In this document: positions 1-9,957 of the stretch, piece by piece | Numbering within the stretch: the stretch's first letter is position 1 | Layout: each line of letters opens with the position of its first letter | NCBI GenBank assembly: GCA_038146865.1 | Contig: JAYQSL010000001.1 | Location: forward strand, 82,157 to 146,156 | DNA from: Rhodospirillaceae bacterium | Lineage (GTDB): Bacteria > Pseudomonadota > Alphaproteobacteria > MPNO01 > UBA2964 | DNA: 64,000 nt | Direction: 5' to 3' | The notes under the pieces: generated by a model | The model's database searches: none | The model's input: the letters and a program-made list of their open reading frames with translations, nothing else | What the model was told of the DNA's origin: nothing | Made by a program: the position numbers and the translations under genes

Positions 1-316
1 CAAGGACCGCAGGGATCAGCAATAGAGCCAATGGAATCATCCAGGCAAACTTTTCGCTCTCCACAAGCAATGATAAGCTAATCCAGTAAAGCCCGGCCAA
101 AAAGTACCCAAATCCGAACCACCATCCATCCGCGATAGCGGCCCTGAGTGATCTTGCCCCGTTTATCAAAAAGAACAAAATGGGAAAGCTTACCCACAAT
201 AAAGGTAATAAAAACAAAGGCGGCAAAGAAGTGGCGGCTAGAATTCCAGCCAGAAATCCAAGGAGGCCCCTGCGCCAGCCCCTCAGCTCCCCTATCGCAG
301 CCGCAGCTCTAACTAA
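1..316 (-). CDS. lnt: Apolipoprotein N-acyltransferase Lnt, N-terminal fragment. The gene runs off the window start; the start codon is unclear because no ATG/GTG/TTG lies in frame near the expected position.
   Basis: Minus-strand translation of bases 316..2 gives ...ELRGWRRGLLGFLAGILAATSLPPLFLLPLLWVSFPILFFLINGARSLRAAIADGWWFGFGYFLAGLYWISLSLLVESEKFAWMIPLALLLIPAVL, a hydrophobic multi-TM N-terminus with the GWRR..LAFLAG pattern of alphaproteobacterial Lnt. It sits directly downstream of corC, as in the conserved miaB-phoH-ybeY-corC-lnt order. Confidence 0.5.
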
Positions 317-345
317 CCTGAGCGGTAATCTATAATATAAAGCTC

Positions 346-1269
346 TCAATCTAACTGATTATCATCAGGAATGACCGGGATTGCGACTCTCATCCTCCGT
401 ATCCTTCGAGGATCCGCATCGAGGATTTCAAATTCGACTCCCGAGCTATGAGTAATAACTTCCCCCTTTGCAGGCACGCGACCGGCCAAGAAAAATACCA
501 ACCCACCCAGTGTATCAATATCCTCCTCTCGCTCTTCCGAAACTAAAAATTCTCCGATACGTGCTTCGAATTCAGGTATATTCGTTCTAGCGTTTACATC
601 AAAAAGGCCGGGTCGTATTTCAATGAAACCAGCGCCATGATCTTCATCGTGTTCATCCTGAATCTCGCCCACAATCTCTTCGACCAAGTCCTCAATCGTC
701 GCCAGACCATCAATACCCCCAAATTCATCTACAACAAGGGCCATATGGACCCTCCGCACGCGCATTTGCAGTAACAGTTCTAGAATAGGTGTGGAAGGAG
801 CCACAAAGAGAACGGGCCGCACTAAATCCTCAAGTTGACTCGGTTCTTCTCTGCTCCAACCTTGCAACACATCCTTGATGTGAACCATCCCAGATATATT
901 GTCGAGGGTTTCACGATATATCGGGATTCTCGAGTGTGCTTCATCACTCATCACACTGACTAAATCCGAGAGCGAGGTTGTTATCTCCAACGCGACAATA
1001 TCAGCTCGTGGAACCATAATGTCATAAACAGTTAGCCCATGCAGGTTCAAAATATTCCTGAGCAACCTGAGTTCATCGGAGGACGCGGGAAGCTCTCCAG
1101 CAACCTCCTGCTCTTCGATCAGTTCTTCGATGGTATCACGCAAATCTCCTCCATTCGAACGTGAACGGGGGAAGATCCGCCTCCACCAAGTTACTAGGCT
1201 CCGATTTCCAGGACTTTCATCCTGATATTCCTGGGGGCTCTCGAAGCCCGATTTTGTTGAACCTGCCAT
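346..1269 (-). CDS. corC: CBS-pair plus CorC/HlyC C-terminal domain protein (Mg/Co efflux-associated CorC/TlyC family).
   Basis: 307 aa. Tandem CBS-like segments and a C-terminal transporter-associated domain. Conserved position after ybeY. Confidence 0.8.
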   Translation of the reverse strand: MAGSTKSGFESPQEYQDESPGNRSLVTWWRRIFPRSRSNGGDLRDTIEELIEEQEVAGELPASSDELRLLRNILNLHGLTVYDIMVPRADIVALEITTSLSDLVSVMSDEAHSRIPIYRETLDNISGMVHIKDVLQGWSREEPSQLEDLVRPVLFVAPSTPILELLLQMRVRRVHMALVVDEFGGIDGLATIEDLVEEIVGEIQDEHDEDHGAGFIEIRPGLFDVNARTNIPEFEARIGEFLVSEEREEDIDTLGGLVFFLAGRVPAKGEVITHSSGVEFEILDADPRRIRRMRVAIPVIPDDNQLD

Positions 1270-1784
1270 CAGATAAACTCAGAAAGAGGCATAGTAGCCC
1301 TGGTGCAGTAGGGATCACTGACCCCCAGGTTTGCTAAAACCGCAGTTTCCTTTGCCTCCATGATTTTGGCTTCCTTCTCATCTAGGTGATCATAGCCTAA
1401 GAGATGGAAGACCCCATGCACTATCAAATGGGATAGATGATCATGAAGAGAAACACCATCTAATTCAGCATCCCGGCTTGCTTCACCAAATGCCACTACT
1501 ACATCGCCCAATAACCGCGACAATTCTCCGAGTGGTTCGGATTCTTGATTAGGGAATGCCAAAACATCCGTTGCAGAATCGATCCCTCGCCATTCCCGAT
1601 TGAGATTTTTAACCATTTTATTATCTGTTAAGACAATGCTAATTTCACAGGCTGTATTGTCTAAATCCTCAAAAGCTATGACTGCGGCGGCTGCCTGACT
1701 GCAACAGGTCTCTGCGCAAGGTAATACCCGGGTCCATTCATAATCCTCGACTTTAACAAAGGTTTTCTTGTCGAAAAATTCCAT
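1269..1784 (-). CDS. ybeY: rRNA maturation endoribonuclease YbeY.
   Basis: 171 aa with the HGVFHLLGYDH zinc-binding motif (H-x3-H-x5-H). Its stop overlaps the corC start. Confidence 0.85.
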   Translation of the reverse strand: MEFFDKKTFVKVEDYEWTRVLPCAETCCSQAAAAVIAFEDLDNTACEISIVLTDNKMVKNLNREWRGIDSATDVLAFPNQESEPLGELSRLLGDVVVAFGEASRDAELDGVSLHDHLSHLIVHGVFHLLGYDHLDEKEAKIMEAKETAVLANLGVSDPYCTRATMPLSEFI

Positions 1785-1796
1785 ATCAGGCTGATC

Positions 1797-2801
1797 TCAG
1801 GTCTCGCTTATGACCTGACGCCGGTCATCTGCGTCATAGGCTCTTACAACCTCCGTGACTAAAGAGTGACGAACAATGTCCTGTTCACCGAATCTGACAA
1901 CTTGAACGCCCGAAATATTTCTCAATGTTTCAACGGCATTTATCAGGCCCGATACCGCTCCTCTTGGCAAGTCAACCTGGCTTGGATCCCCCGTAATCGC
2001 CATCCGGGAGCCCTCCCCCAGTCGGGTTAAAAACATTTTCATCTGCGTGCGTGTTGCATTTTGGGCCTCGTCCAAAATGATAAAGGCATGCGCCAATGTT
2101 CGGCCCCTCATGAACGCGAGGGGGGCCACTTCGATTTCACCAGAGGCGATGCGTTTCACCACCTGCTCTGCAGGCATCATATCGTGCAAGGAGTCATATA
2201 GCGGGGCAAGATAAGGATCTATTTTATCTCTCATATCGCCAGGCAAAAAACCTAGCCTTTCCCCCGCCTCCACAGCGGGCCGCGACAATACTATCCGATC
2301 TACTTTTCCTTCCAATAATTGTGCCACGGCATTAGCCACAGCTAAATAGGTCTTACCAGTACCCGCTGGTCCAATTCCAAAAACCATCTCCGATTTTTGG
2401 AGCGCCCGAATGTAGGTCACTTGTCCTGGAGAACGGGCCTTTATGTGTCGCTTCGAAGTGATGAGGGTCGCCTCAGTTCGATTTTTAGACGTGCCTGGGG
2501 CAGACTTTAAATCTAAATTTGCGATACGCAGCGCAGCGTCGACTTCAGAGAAATCGACGGGCAGTCCCTCTTTCGACCGTGCATAAAGCGTATTCATGGC
2601 AGATCGAGCTATACAGATCGCTCTTTCGTCGCCAGACAGAGAAACTCTATTACCGCGGGAAGAAATACGAACCCCAAGGGTTTCTTCGATCCTGACAAGA
2701 TTTCTGTCATGTTCGCCAAACAGGACTTGCAGTAATTTATTATCCTCAAATTGCAAAGTCAGGGGTGGATCGATTGAGCTGTTATCTCCGCCAGACCTCA
2801 A
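1797..2801 (-). CDS. ybeZ: PhoH-like ATPase (YbeZ).
   Basis: 334 aa. Walker A GPAGTGKT. Conserved phoH-ybeY-corC order. Confidence 0.85.
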   Translation of the reverse strand: MRSGGDNSSIDPPLTLQFEDNKLLQVLFGEHDRNLVRIEETLGVRISSRGNRVSLSGDERAICIARSAMNTLYARSKEGLPVDFSEVDAALRIANLDLKSAPGTSKNRTEATLITSKRHIKARSPGQVTYIRALQKSEMVFGIGPAGTGKTYLAVANAVAQLLEGKVDRIVLSRPAVEAGERLGFLPGDMRDKIDPYLAPLYDSLHDMMPAEQVVKRIASGEIEVAPLAFMRGRTLAHAFIILDEAQNATRTQMKMFLTRLGEGSRMAITGDPSQVDLPRGAVSGLINAVETLRNISGVQVVRFGEQDIVRHSLVTEVVRAYDADDRRQVISET

Positions 2802-4131
2802 ACTTTAACCTCCGGAGGCTTTGCCCCCTTTTCTTGAACTAATTCACCGGTTAATGAATTTTGATTAGCTTTTGTAATTCTGACCAACACAATCTTACCC
2901 AACAAAGAAAATAGTTCTTTCTCAGGGACTCTAACGTGAACCGATTGATTATGGGGACTTCGTCCTGCCAGCTGGCCTGACAATCGTCCGGTACGGTCAA
3001 GCAAAACTTTAGATAAAGAACCGACAAATTTTTCGTTGAAACTTTTTTGATGTTGGCCGAGTAAATCTTGCAATCGTGCTATCCGCTCTGTTTTTGATTG
3101 CTCTGACACCTGATCCTGATCATCAGCAGCAGGCGTCCCCGGTCTCGCGCTGTACTTGAACGAATAGGCTTGCGCAAAACCAACTCTGTCAGCCAATTTC
3201 AGTGTTTTTAAAAAATCTGCTTCTGTTTCACCGGGGTGACCAACAATAAAGTCTGATGAAATCGCGATATCAGGACGTACCTCTCTTATTTTAGAGATAA
3301 TTTTTTCATAATGCTCAACATTATGACGTCTATTCATTCGATCCAGAACTCGATCGGAGCCCGATTGGACGGGCAAATGCAAATAAGGCATGAGGCTAGC
3401 CACCTCGCCAAATGCATTTATTAATGCGTCAGACATATCCAAGGGATGAGAGGTAGTAAACCTGATACGATCAAGGCCCTCTATTTCATCCAGGATTTAA
3501 TAAGGCCGCCTAGACCTCCTGCACAACCGTTATAAGCGTTTACGTTTTGTCCCAATAACGTGATTTCTTTAGTGCCCCCTTCAACTAAGGTCCTTGCCTC
3601 TTTAATTATTGCCGATGCTGGGCGAGAATATTCTGAACCCCTCGTATAGGGCACTACACAAAAAGAACAAAACTTATCACATCCCTCTTGGATCGTTAGA
3701 AAAGAAGATGCCTTATGAGATAAGGGCGATGGCCAATTTTCGAACTTTGTTTCGACTGGAAAATCTGTGTCGATAGCCCGATTATGGTCGAGATTCTCTC
3801 TTAATAACTTTGGCAACCGATGCAAAGCTTGAGGACCCAAAACAAAATCGACGTTCTTTGCCCTATCAAGAATTTCTTCACCCTCCGCCTGAGCAACGCA
3901 ACCGGCCACGACGACCTTGGCTCGACGATTAGCCCTCAATCGACCTAGCTCTGAATACATCTTTTCAGACGCTTTTTCACGGATATGGCAAGTATTGAGT
4001 ATTATAACATCTGCGTTCTCAGGTTCATTTTGTTGCTCGAAACCCTCTGCAGACAACGAATCAAGCATCCTCTGAGAGTCATAGACATTCATCTGACAGC
4101 CGAAGCTTTTAATAAAAACAGTTTTAGGCAA
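2798..4131 (-). pseudogene. miaB: tRNA-i6A37 methylthiotransferase MiaB, broken by a -1 frameshift at about 3496..3498. This is either an authentic pseudogene or a sequencing error.
   Basis: ORF 3481..4131 encodes the N-terminal UPF0004 region and the radical-SAM core (CxxxCxxC in [17 protein letters not shown]). ORF 2798..3442 encodes the C-terminal part (LHLPVQSGSDRVLDRMNRRH...TRAM). Inserting one A into the TTT run at plus 3496..3498 restores a continuous ...[38 protein letters not shown]..., which contains the canonical RIRFTTSHP motif. Confidence 0.8.
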
Positions 4132-4420
4132 GTGTTATATCGCTGGAGAAAATTCTATGGTAATGAGGACAACTCATCAGCACGCTAAATTGGGGACATG
4201 GAAAGTTTGTCGAACACTACCACCCAATACTAAAGTGTCAAGAATTTGCATTCAATCTCCGAGACAAACGCCCATCCTGCCAAGGAACAATCTCTACCCC
4301 CGACCTCTGAATTAATAGTATTAAATAGTCAATTAGTCGGACAACAGACTTCAGAACTTCTAGTATGTCTTGTAATCTGATAATGAGAAGATAAGCATTA
4401 ATGAGACAAATTGTTAGGAC

Positions 4421-4687
4421 ATGCAGCCCAAAACACCCCAAAATCAGTTAACCGATCACGAATTAGATATCACCCGCGACGTATGTCCCATGACCTTTGT
4501 CCGGACTAGATTGATGATCGAGAAAATGGAGCAAGGAGAAATTTTAGCAATTCGACTTTGTGGCGATGAGCCTCTCAAAAACGTTCCTGACTCTCTAGTT
4601 GAGCTAGGACACAGGATCCTATCCCTTGAACCAGAAGACAAGAAAAACGGGAAAAACACACAAGTATTAAGGGTGCAGAAAAAATAA
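4421..4687 (+). CDS. TusA-like (SirA/YedF/YeeD family) small sulfur-carrier-like protein.
   Basis: 88 aa. LDITRDVCPMTF...GEILAIRLCGDEPLKNVPDSLVELGHRILSLE matches the TusA pattern LDxxGxxCPxP...GxxLxV...D...xxxxP...GHxxL.E. AGGA lies just upstream of the ATG. Confidence 0.45.
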   Translation: MQPKTPQNQLTDHELDITRDVCPMTFVRTRLMIEKMEQGEILAIRLCGDEPLKNVPDSLVELGHRILSLEPEDKKNGKNTQVLRVQKK

Positions 4688-4692
4688 AAGCC

Positions 4693-5205
4693 TCAAATAT
4701 CTAATGGCATGAATTTAGCCAGATCTGCTCGCATAGTATTAGCATCAGTGCGCGTACCATCCTTGTTTTCATAATAATTTGGCCTAACCCCAACCTTTTT
4801 CAAACCATGTGCTTTATAAAGTCGAGCAGCTGCGTCGTTATCAATAGCCACCTCTAAAAAAAACCATCGCGCCTTTTCAAATGAAGCCCGTGCCATTGCA
4901 CTTCTTATTAGTGTTGTAGCAATTCCTTGTTTTCTATAATCCCGAGCCACTCCCAATGATAATAGCTCGCACTGATCGGCCGCCATACGACACAGAGCAA
5001 ATCCGGTAATTGAGTCCGATCGTGGAGACCGTGCGACAAGACCAAAACTACCTGGCATTTTGAGAATCTTTTTAAGCGTTAGCTCATCCCAGTGGTCCGA
5101 AAAACACTGTGCATGAATTCGGGCTACAACAGAGAGTTGTTGAAGCGAGATTTGTTCTACACCGTAACTCGGAACTGCGTAGTATTGGTTCAACTGTTTA
5201 TCCAA
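4693..5205 (-). CDS. rimI: Ribosomal-protein-alanine N-acetyltransferase RimI (GNAT).
   Basis: 170 aa GNAT fold, immediately downstream of tsaB as in the conserved tsaB-rimI pair. Confidence 0.7.
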   Translation of the reverse strand: MDKQLNQYYAVPSYGVEQISLQQLSVVARIHAQCFSDHWDELTLKKILKMPGSFGLVARSPRSDSITGFALCRMAADQCELLSLGVARDYRKQGIATTLIRSAMARASFEKARWFFLEVAIDNDAAARLYKAHGLKKVGVRPNYYENKDGTRTDANTMRADLAKFMPLDI

Positions 5206-5210
5206 TTAAA

Positions 5211-5900
5211 TTAATCCGTGCGCTTAGGGGCTAATGTTACCTGAGGAGGATTAATATAGAGCGCGCTTAAGTTCGTCTGCGCCTGACTTGTATCTCTCTT
5301 GGCGGCCAGTTCCGCGATTAGGGCTACACAGGATTTTCGAGAGTCGGGAATAATTTGAGTCTGCTTTTTTAGATCATTACTCAGTTGGATTTGCATTGCC
5401 CCGTCACCGGTAATTATTGACCGGGAATTAGCTAAGGTTCTCAAAATAGAGCTCTCGTCAGACGATACAGGACGGCCGACAGTTTCTAAAAACCCTGATC
5501 GCAGCTTAAATTTCTGTAAAAAGAAATTTGAACGCCTGGAATTTAAAATCACACACAAATTTGTTATGTCATTGCTCCCGATCTTTCGCACGCAGGCGAG
5601 TGCGGCCGCATAAAAAGTGGTCACGCCATAAAGATCGCAGTTCAATCCAAGAGATAGGCCCCTTGCGGCAGAGAGCCCAACGCGCAAGCCGGTAAAAGAC
5701 CCCGGACCAGTCGCAACTCCAACTACATCAATATTTTTGTATGTTAGTCCTGTCTCCAAAAGAGCACGATCTATCATTGGCATAAGCTTTTCCGCGTAGC
5801 CACGATTCATGTTTTGTGCACCAGAAAATTTCAAAACGTCATCTGCCCACAGCGCCACAGCGCATGAGGAACCCGTTGTATCAATACCAAGACTTAGCAT
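5211..5900 (-). CDS. tsaB: tRNA threonylcarbamoyladenosine biosynthesis protein TsaB (YeaZ).
   Basis: 229 aa. N-terminal MLSLGIDTTGSSCAVALW... Kae1/YeaZ fold. Confidence 0.8.
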   Translation of the reverse strand: MLSLGIDTTGSSCAVALWADDVLKFSGAQNMNRGYAEKLMPMIDRALLETGLTYKNIDVVGVATGPGSFTGLRVGLSAARGLSLGLNCDLYGVTTFYAAALACVRKIGSNDITNLCVILNSRRSNFFLQKFKLRSGFLETVGRPVSSDESSILRTLANSRSIITGDGAMQIQLSNDLKKQTQIIPDSRKSCVALIAELAAKRDTSQAQTNLSALYINPPQVTLAPKRTD

Positions 5901-5958
5901 GACATCTTCAAGTTAAATTTATATTAGACGATTTTTTACCCTCATATACAATGCGGTT

Positions 5959-6513
5959 ATGACACTACAAGAAATAAATGCATGTGATTTTGGCGTTGGC
6001 ATCGAATTGGCTTACGCCACCCACCAAAACTTTACCGGTCAGCCAGTTTATCTCCATCCGTTTTGTTACCTTCACCAAGATGCACTAACCGCTCTGGGAA
6101 GAGCCCGTGATGCTGCAAGTTTTATTGGTTTAAAAATTTTAATATACGATGCCTTTCGCCCTACCGAGGCTCAGCAGAAACTCTGGGACCACACACCAGA
6201 TGAAAATTTTTTGGCACACCCCCAAAAGGGCTCACCACATTCCCGCGGTGTAGCAATAGATTTGACACTTGCCGATGCCTCGGGAGTGCCATTGGATATG
6301 GGATCTAAGTTCGATACGTTCGATAAAATATCCTATCATGGATCCATAGAAATTTCTGAAAAGGCACGACAGAATAGACTAACTCTTTTAGGACTGATGA
6401 CTGAGTCGGGTTGGGATTTTTATAGAAATGAGTGGTGGCATTACCAGCTATTCTCACCGAAGGACTATCCGTTGATAAGTGATGAATCTTTGCCGAACAA
6501 AATGATGAGTTGA
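5959..6513 (+). CDS. ddpX: D-alanyl-D-alanine dipeptidase, M15D family (VanX/DdpX-like).
   Basis: 184 aa. Zinc-ligand motifs SPHSRGVAIDLTL, YDAFRP and EWWHY are typical of VanX/DdpX. Confidence 0.7.
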   Translation: MTLQEINACDFGVGIELAYATHQNFTGQPVYLHPFCYLHQDALTALGRARDAASFIGLKILIYDAFRPTEAQQKLWDHTPDENFLAHPQKGSPHSRGVAIDLTLADASGVPLDMGSKFDTFDKISYHGSIEISEKARQNRLTLLGLMTESGWDFYRNEWWHYQLFSPKDYPLISDESLPNKMMS

Positions 6514-6611
6514 AAGTTTTCGCTTGTCACCATTATCAAAACAGAAAAAAGAAAACCCTTTTCAAGTTTTTGTGGCTGACGAATAATTCCCATAGGGACA
6601 TAAGCTAAGGC

Positions 6612-7658
6612 ATGGACGTAATGATAAAAAAAACCAAGCTTCTTTTATCAAAAATCGGACTTGGCATATGCTGTCTCCTCGCAGGTATAGAGACGGCATG
6701 CGCAGCCTCATCAGCGGTAGTCCTCATGTATCACAGATTCGGTGAGAACCAGTACCCATCTACCAATATACGAATAAATCAATTTGAGGCGCATCTCAAA
6801 ACCCTAACGAGCGGAGAGTTTTCCTTAAAATCCCTGACAGAAATCACCGCGGCCCTTCGAAATGGCAATCCACTACCTGATAAAACAGTTGGAATTTCGA
6901 TTGATGATGCGTTTCTGTCTGTATATCAAAAAGCATGGCCAAGACTGAGGAAAGCCAAAGTCCCCTTCACCCTATTTATCGCCACCGACGCTATCGACAG
7001 AAACCTGCCCGGATACATGAACTGGAACCAAATTCGTGCCTTGCTAAAAGAAGGGGTTGAAATAGGCAATCAGACCGCCTCTCATCCACATATGCCATTG
7101 TTGTCAAAGTCTAAACTGGAGAATGAGTTAAAAAAATCCACCAAACGGTTTGAGGAGGAATTAGGTTTCGCGCCCAAAATAATTGCGTATCCATACGGAG
7201 AATACAGTTTAGCGGTGGCTAAGGTAGTGAAAGCTGCGGGATTTAGTGTAGGCTTTGGTCAACATTCGGGCGTAATCCATCCCAACAGTGATTTTTTTTA
7301 TTTACCAAGATTTGCCTTCAACGAGACCTTTGGCGGGGTAAGTCGACTAAAGTTAGCAGCAAGGGCATTACCACTTCACGCTCTTGATATTACCCCCGCC
7401 GACCCGTTACTGACGCCTAACGTGAATCCGCCTCCGTTCGGCTTTACTATAGGCAATCAAACTATCAAAAATTTGGACGCATTAAACTGCTACGCGCCGG
7501 ATGGCAAGAGATTAAGGATTGAGAGGCTTGGTCAAACAAGGATCGAAATCCGAATGAATAATAAATTCCCAGCTGGCCGATCTAGGATCAATTGCACTTT
7601 ATTGGATAAGAGCGGACGATGGCGATGGTTTGGCAGACAATTTTTTGTTCCAAAATAA
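6612..7658 (+). CDS. Secreted polysaccharide deacetylase (NodB-homology domain) with an extra C-terminal domain.
   Basis: 348 aa. Signal peptide MDVMIKKTKLLLSKIGLGICCLLAGIETACAASSAV. NodB-like ISIDDAF and ASHPHM motifs. Confidence 0.6.
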   Translation: MDVMIKKTKLLLSKIGLGICCLLAGIETACAASSAVVLMYHRFGENQYPSTNIRINQFEAHLKTLTSGEFSLKSLTEITAALRNGNPLPDKTVGISIDDAFLSVYQKAWPRLRKAKVPFTLFIATDAIDRNLPGYMNWNQIRALLKEGVEIGNQTASHPHMPLLSKSKLENELKKSTKRFEEELGFAPKIIAYPYGEYSLAVAKVVKAAGFSVGFGQHSGVIHPNSDFFYLPRFAFNETFGGVSRLKLAARALPLHALDITPADPLLTPNVNPPPFGFTIGNQTIKNLDALNCYAPDGKRLRIERLGQTRIEIRMNNKFPAGRSRINCTLLDKSGRWRWFGRQFFVPK

Positions 7659-7678
7659 GACACTTATATTATACAGGC

Positions 7679-8659
7679 TCACGCGCCAGATGAGAAAGGC
7701 ATCAGGCTCTCGAGAGGAGGAAACAACCTCGCGCCATCAAATTGCTCTAATTGGTTTACCTTTATGATTTTTTCGATGGTGCGAACATATCCCTCACCTC
7801 TTTCGGAGTAATTTTCCAATTTGCTGATCAATTTTAAACCGCCGACAACACTTCCTGTCAGCCGCATGTTCCTTCGGGCGGCTCGAAACTCGACATACGC
7901 GGAGTGGGTATTCAAATTGAATGCATAAGCCCAGACGCCATCAAGAAGATTATTAAAAGATCGAACAAGAAACCTTTCTCCCCTCGGACGCAGTCTCGGT
8001 TTCATGCCATTCGTCCCAGCCCAGATCCTTTGACCGAACAAAGCGTTCCCCTCACGGGCAAACCTGGATGTCCCCCATCCACTTTCCTCAGCAGATTGGG
8101 CAAGAACCATTGACGTAGGCAAAATATCCACCCTTTCCAGGATGGCATCAAAGAAAGCAGCGTTGTATAACGACCCCAACTCGGAAAGCCCGTAGTTTTC
8201 CTGGATAGTGGCCAACCACTGCATTTCATCTCCATCAAGTTCGACCCCTTGGGATATTTTCTCCCATAAAGACATGACCTTCTCCCGATCTAATAGGATC
8301 TTCTCGTTAACCTCGAGAATTAAGGGAAGAGCAGCTTGAATAAATAAGGCTTTTCTTGATCTGGGGCGATCAATCCGATGGATGTCCTTTGGAAGCGAAG
8401 ACAAAAGTAACCGCGGCACTAGCCCATGCGCACGAATGCTCTCTATGTCGAAACCAATGGACCGATAATAATTTTTTAAATTTAGAGCACGGGTTTCCCC
8501 TTTTTTAGGTAAAATTTTTTGCTCCATGGTCGAGGTTTTCCCAACGTATGAAGCCATTTGCGCCGCCTGATCATTTTGTGTCTCATTGGCCGATGCATTG
8601 GGCAATAGAAACACCACAAAGGGCAAGCCATATGCGAAGACTCCCCTAACGCATTTCAA
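7679..8659 (-). CDS. Bax/FlgJ-type N-acetylglucosaminidase-domain protein, secreted. Start re-called to TTG at 8657..8659; the ORF-track start at 8827 is probably too long.
   Basis: LAQSAEESGWGTSRFAREGNALFGQR matches the glucosaminidase (PF01832) active-site region. The TTG at 8657..8659 would give the signal peptide (M)KCVRGVFAYGLPFVVFLLPNASA. Confidence 0.55.
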   Translation of the reverse strand: MKCVRGVFAYGLPFVVFLLPNASANETQNDQAAQMASYVGKTSTMEQKILPKKGETRALNLKNYYRSIGFDIESIRAHGLVPRLLLSSLPKDIHRIDRPRSRKALFIQAALPLILEVNEKILLDREKVMSLWEKISQGVELDGDEMQWLATIQENYGLSELGSLYNAAFFDAILERVDILPTSMVLAQSAEESGWGTSRFAREGNALFGQRIWAGTNGMKPRLRPRGERFLVRSFNNLLDGVWAYAFNLNTHSAYVEFRAARRNMRLTGSVVGGLKLISKLENYSERGEGYVRTIEKIIKVNQLEQFDGARLFPPLESLMPFSSGA

Positions 8660-8857
8660 CCATTTAGCCGAAACTACATGGCCAGGTAAATTTTGGCTCT
8701 TACAAAATATAGTGCGTTCCCCCAGTATTCCTTCATCCGTCGCACATTTATTCAAACTGGTAAAGAGAATTGCCAACCAGGAGATACTAAATTTCGCATG
8801 AGTTCCGGTATTAGCGATTGCAAACAATAGGGCCTGAAGGCCGAACGGTTCCCAGAT

Positions 8858-9886
8858 CTAAATGCCGGCAAACCTGGTCCCAGTCTTCAAAAACCCAACA
8901 ATATCATATACATCCATAAGAACCGGTCGAGCTATAGTCTCTGCTCGCTCAGCTCCTTCACGTAAAACTCGATCGATTTCGCCAGGCTCTCGCATCAAGC
9001 GGCGCGTTTCATCGCCTAAAGGCCCCAAAGTCTCAACTGCAACTTCCGCGAGCCGAGCCTTGAATTCCGAAAACGGTCGCCCTCCGAATTCGGCGAATAC
9101 TTCGGATTTTGAGAGATCTCCCAGGGCTGAGTAAATCTCTATTAAGTTAAAGGCCTCAGGACGACTGGAAGATGTACCAAGCGGCTTGGACCCATCAGGA
9201 ACTGGTTCTGAATCGGTTTTTGCTCGACGGATCTTTTTAACTATTGTGTCTAATTCATCAGTAATATTGATACGAGAATTATCCGACGGGTCAGACTTAC
9301 TCATTTTGCTGCGTCCATCCCTCAAACTCATAACGCGAGCAGCTGAGTCAAAAATTAGCGGTTCAACTATCGGAAAAAACTCAGTTTCAAAGTCATGATT
9401 GAACTTTTGGGCTATATCGCGCGTCAACTCCAGATGTTGTTTTTGATCTTCACCAACCGGAACATGGGTGGCGCAATATGCCAGAATGTCAGCCGCCATT
9501 AACGACGGGTACACATACAACCCTACACTCGCATTCTCTCTGTTTTTGCCTGCCTTCTCTTTGAATTGTGTCATGCGATTCAACCAACCCACTCTCGCCA
9601 CACAATTAAAAATCCACGCTAATTCAGCATGAACAGGCACAGCACTCTGATTGAAAATAATGCTCCTTAACGGATCAACCCCCGCTGCAAGATAGGCCGC
9701 TGCGACCTCTCTGGTATTTTGACGAAGCTCTGAAGGACTTTGCCATGCTGTAATTGCATGAAGATCTACTACACAATAAATGCATTCATAGTTATCTTGA
9801 AGCCGAACGAAATTTTTTATCGCGCCCAGATAATTCCCAAGGTGTAAATTTCCGGTAGGTTGAACGCCTGAAAAAACACGAGACAC
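8858..9886 (-). CDS. trpS: Tryptophanyl-tRNA synthetase. Start re-called to GTG at 9884..9886.
   Basis: HIGH-like HLGNYLG and KMSKS motifs. A perfect Shine-Dalgarno AAGGAGG (9894..9900, minus) lies 7 nt before the GTG and gives [19 protein letters not shown]. The ORF-track start at 9946 adds 20 unlikely residues. Confidence 0.85.
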   Translation of the reverse strand: MSRVFSGVQPTGNLHLGNYLGAIKNFVRLQDNYECIYCVVDLHAITAWQSPSELRQNTREVAAAYLAAGVDPLRSIIFNQSAVPVHAELAWIFNCVARVGWLNRMTQFKEKAGKNRENASVGLYVYPSLMAADILAYCATHVPVGEDQKQHLELTRDIAQKFNHDFETEFFPIVEPLIFDSAARVMSLRDGRSKMSKSDPSDNSRINITDELDTIVKKIRRAKTDSEPVPDGSKPLGTSSSRPEAFNLIEIYSALGDLSKSEVFAEFGGRPFSEFKARLAEVAVETLGPLGDETRRLMREPGEIDRVLREGAERAETIARPVLMDVYDIVGFLKTGTRFAGI

Positions 9887-9957
9887 AATAGGTCCTCCTT
9901 TAATATGGGAGCGAGGCCTTATGGCTCCATTTGTTTCTGGGGTCAAGATTAACGCTT

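Noticed and set aside
4238-4659. Two 67-aa minus-strand ORFs in the miaB/rimI gap, considered as possible degenerate fur remnants.
   Set aside because: No Fur-like motifs (no His-rich or CxxC elements). One is antisense to the better-supported TusA-like ORF.
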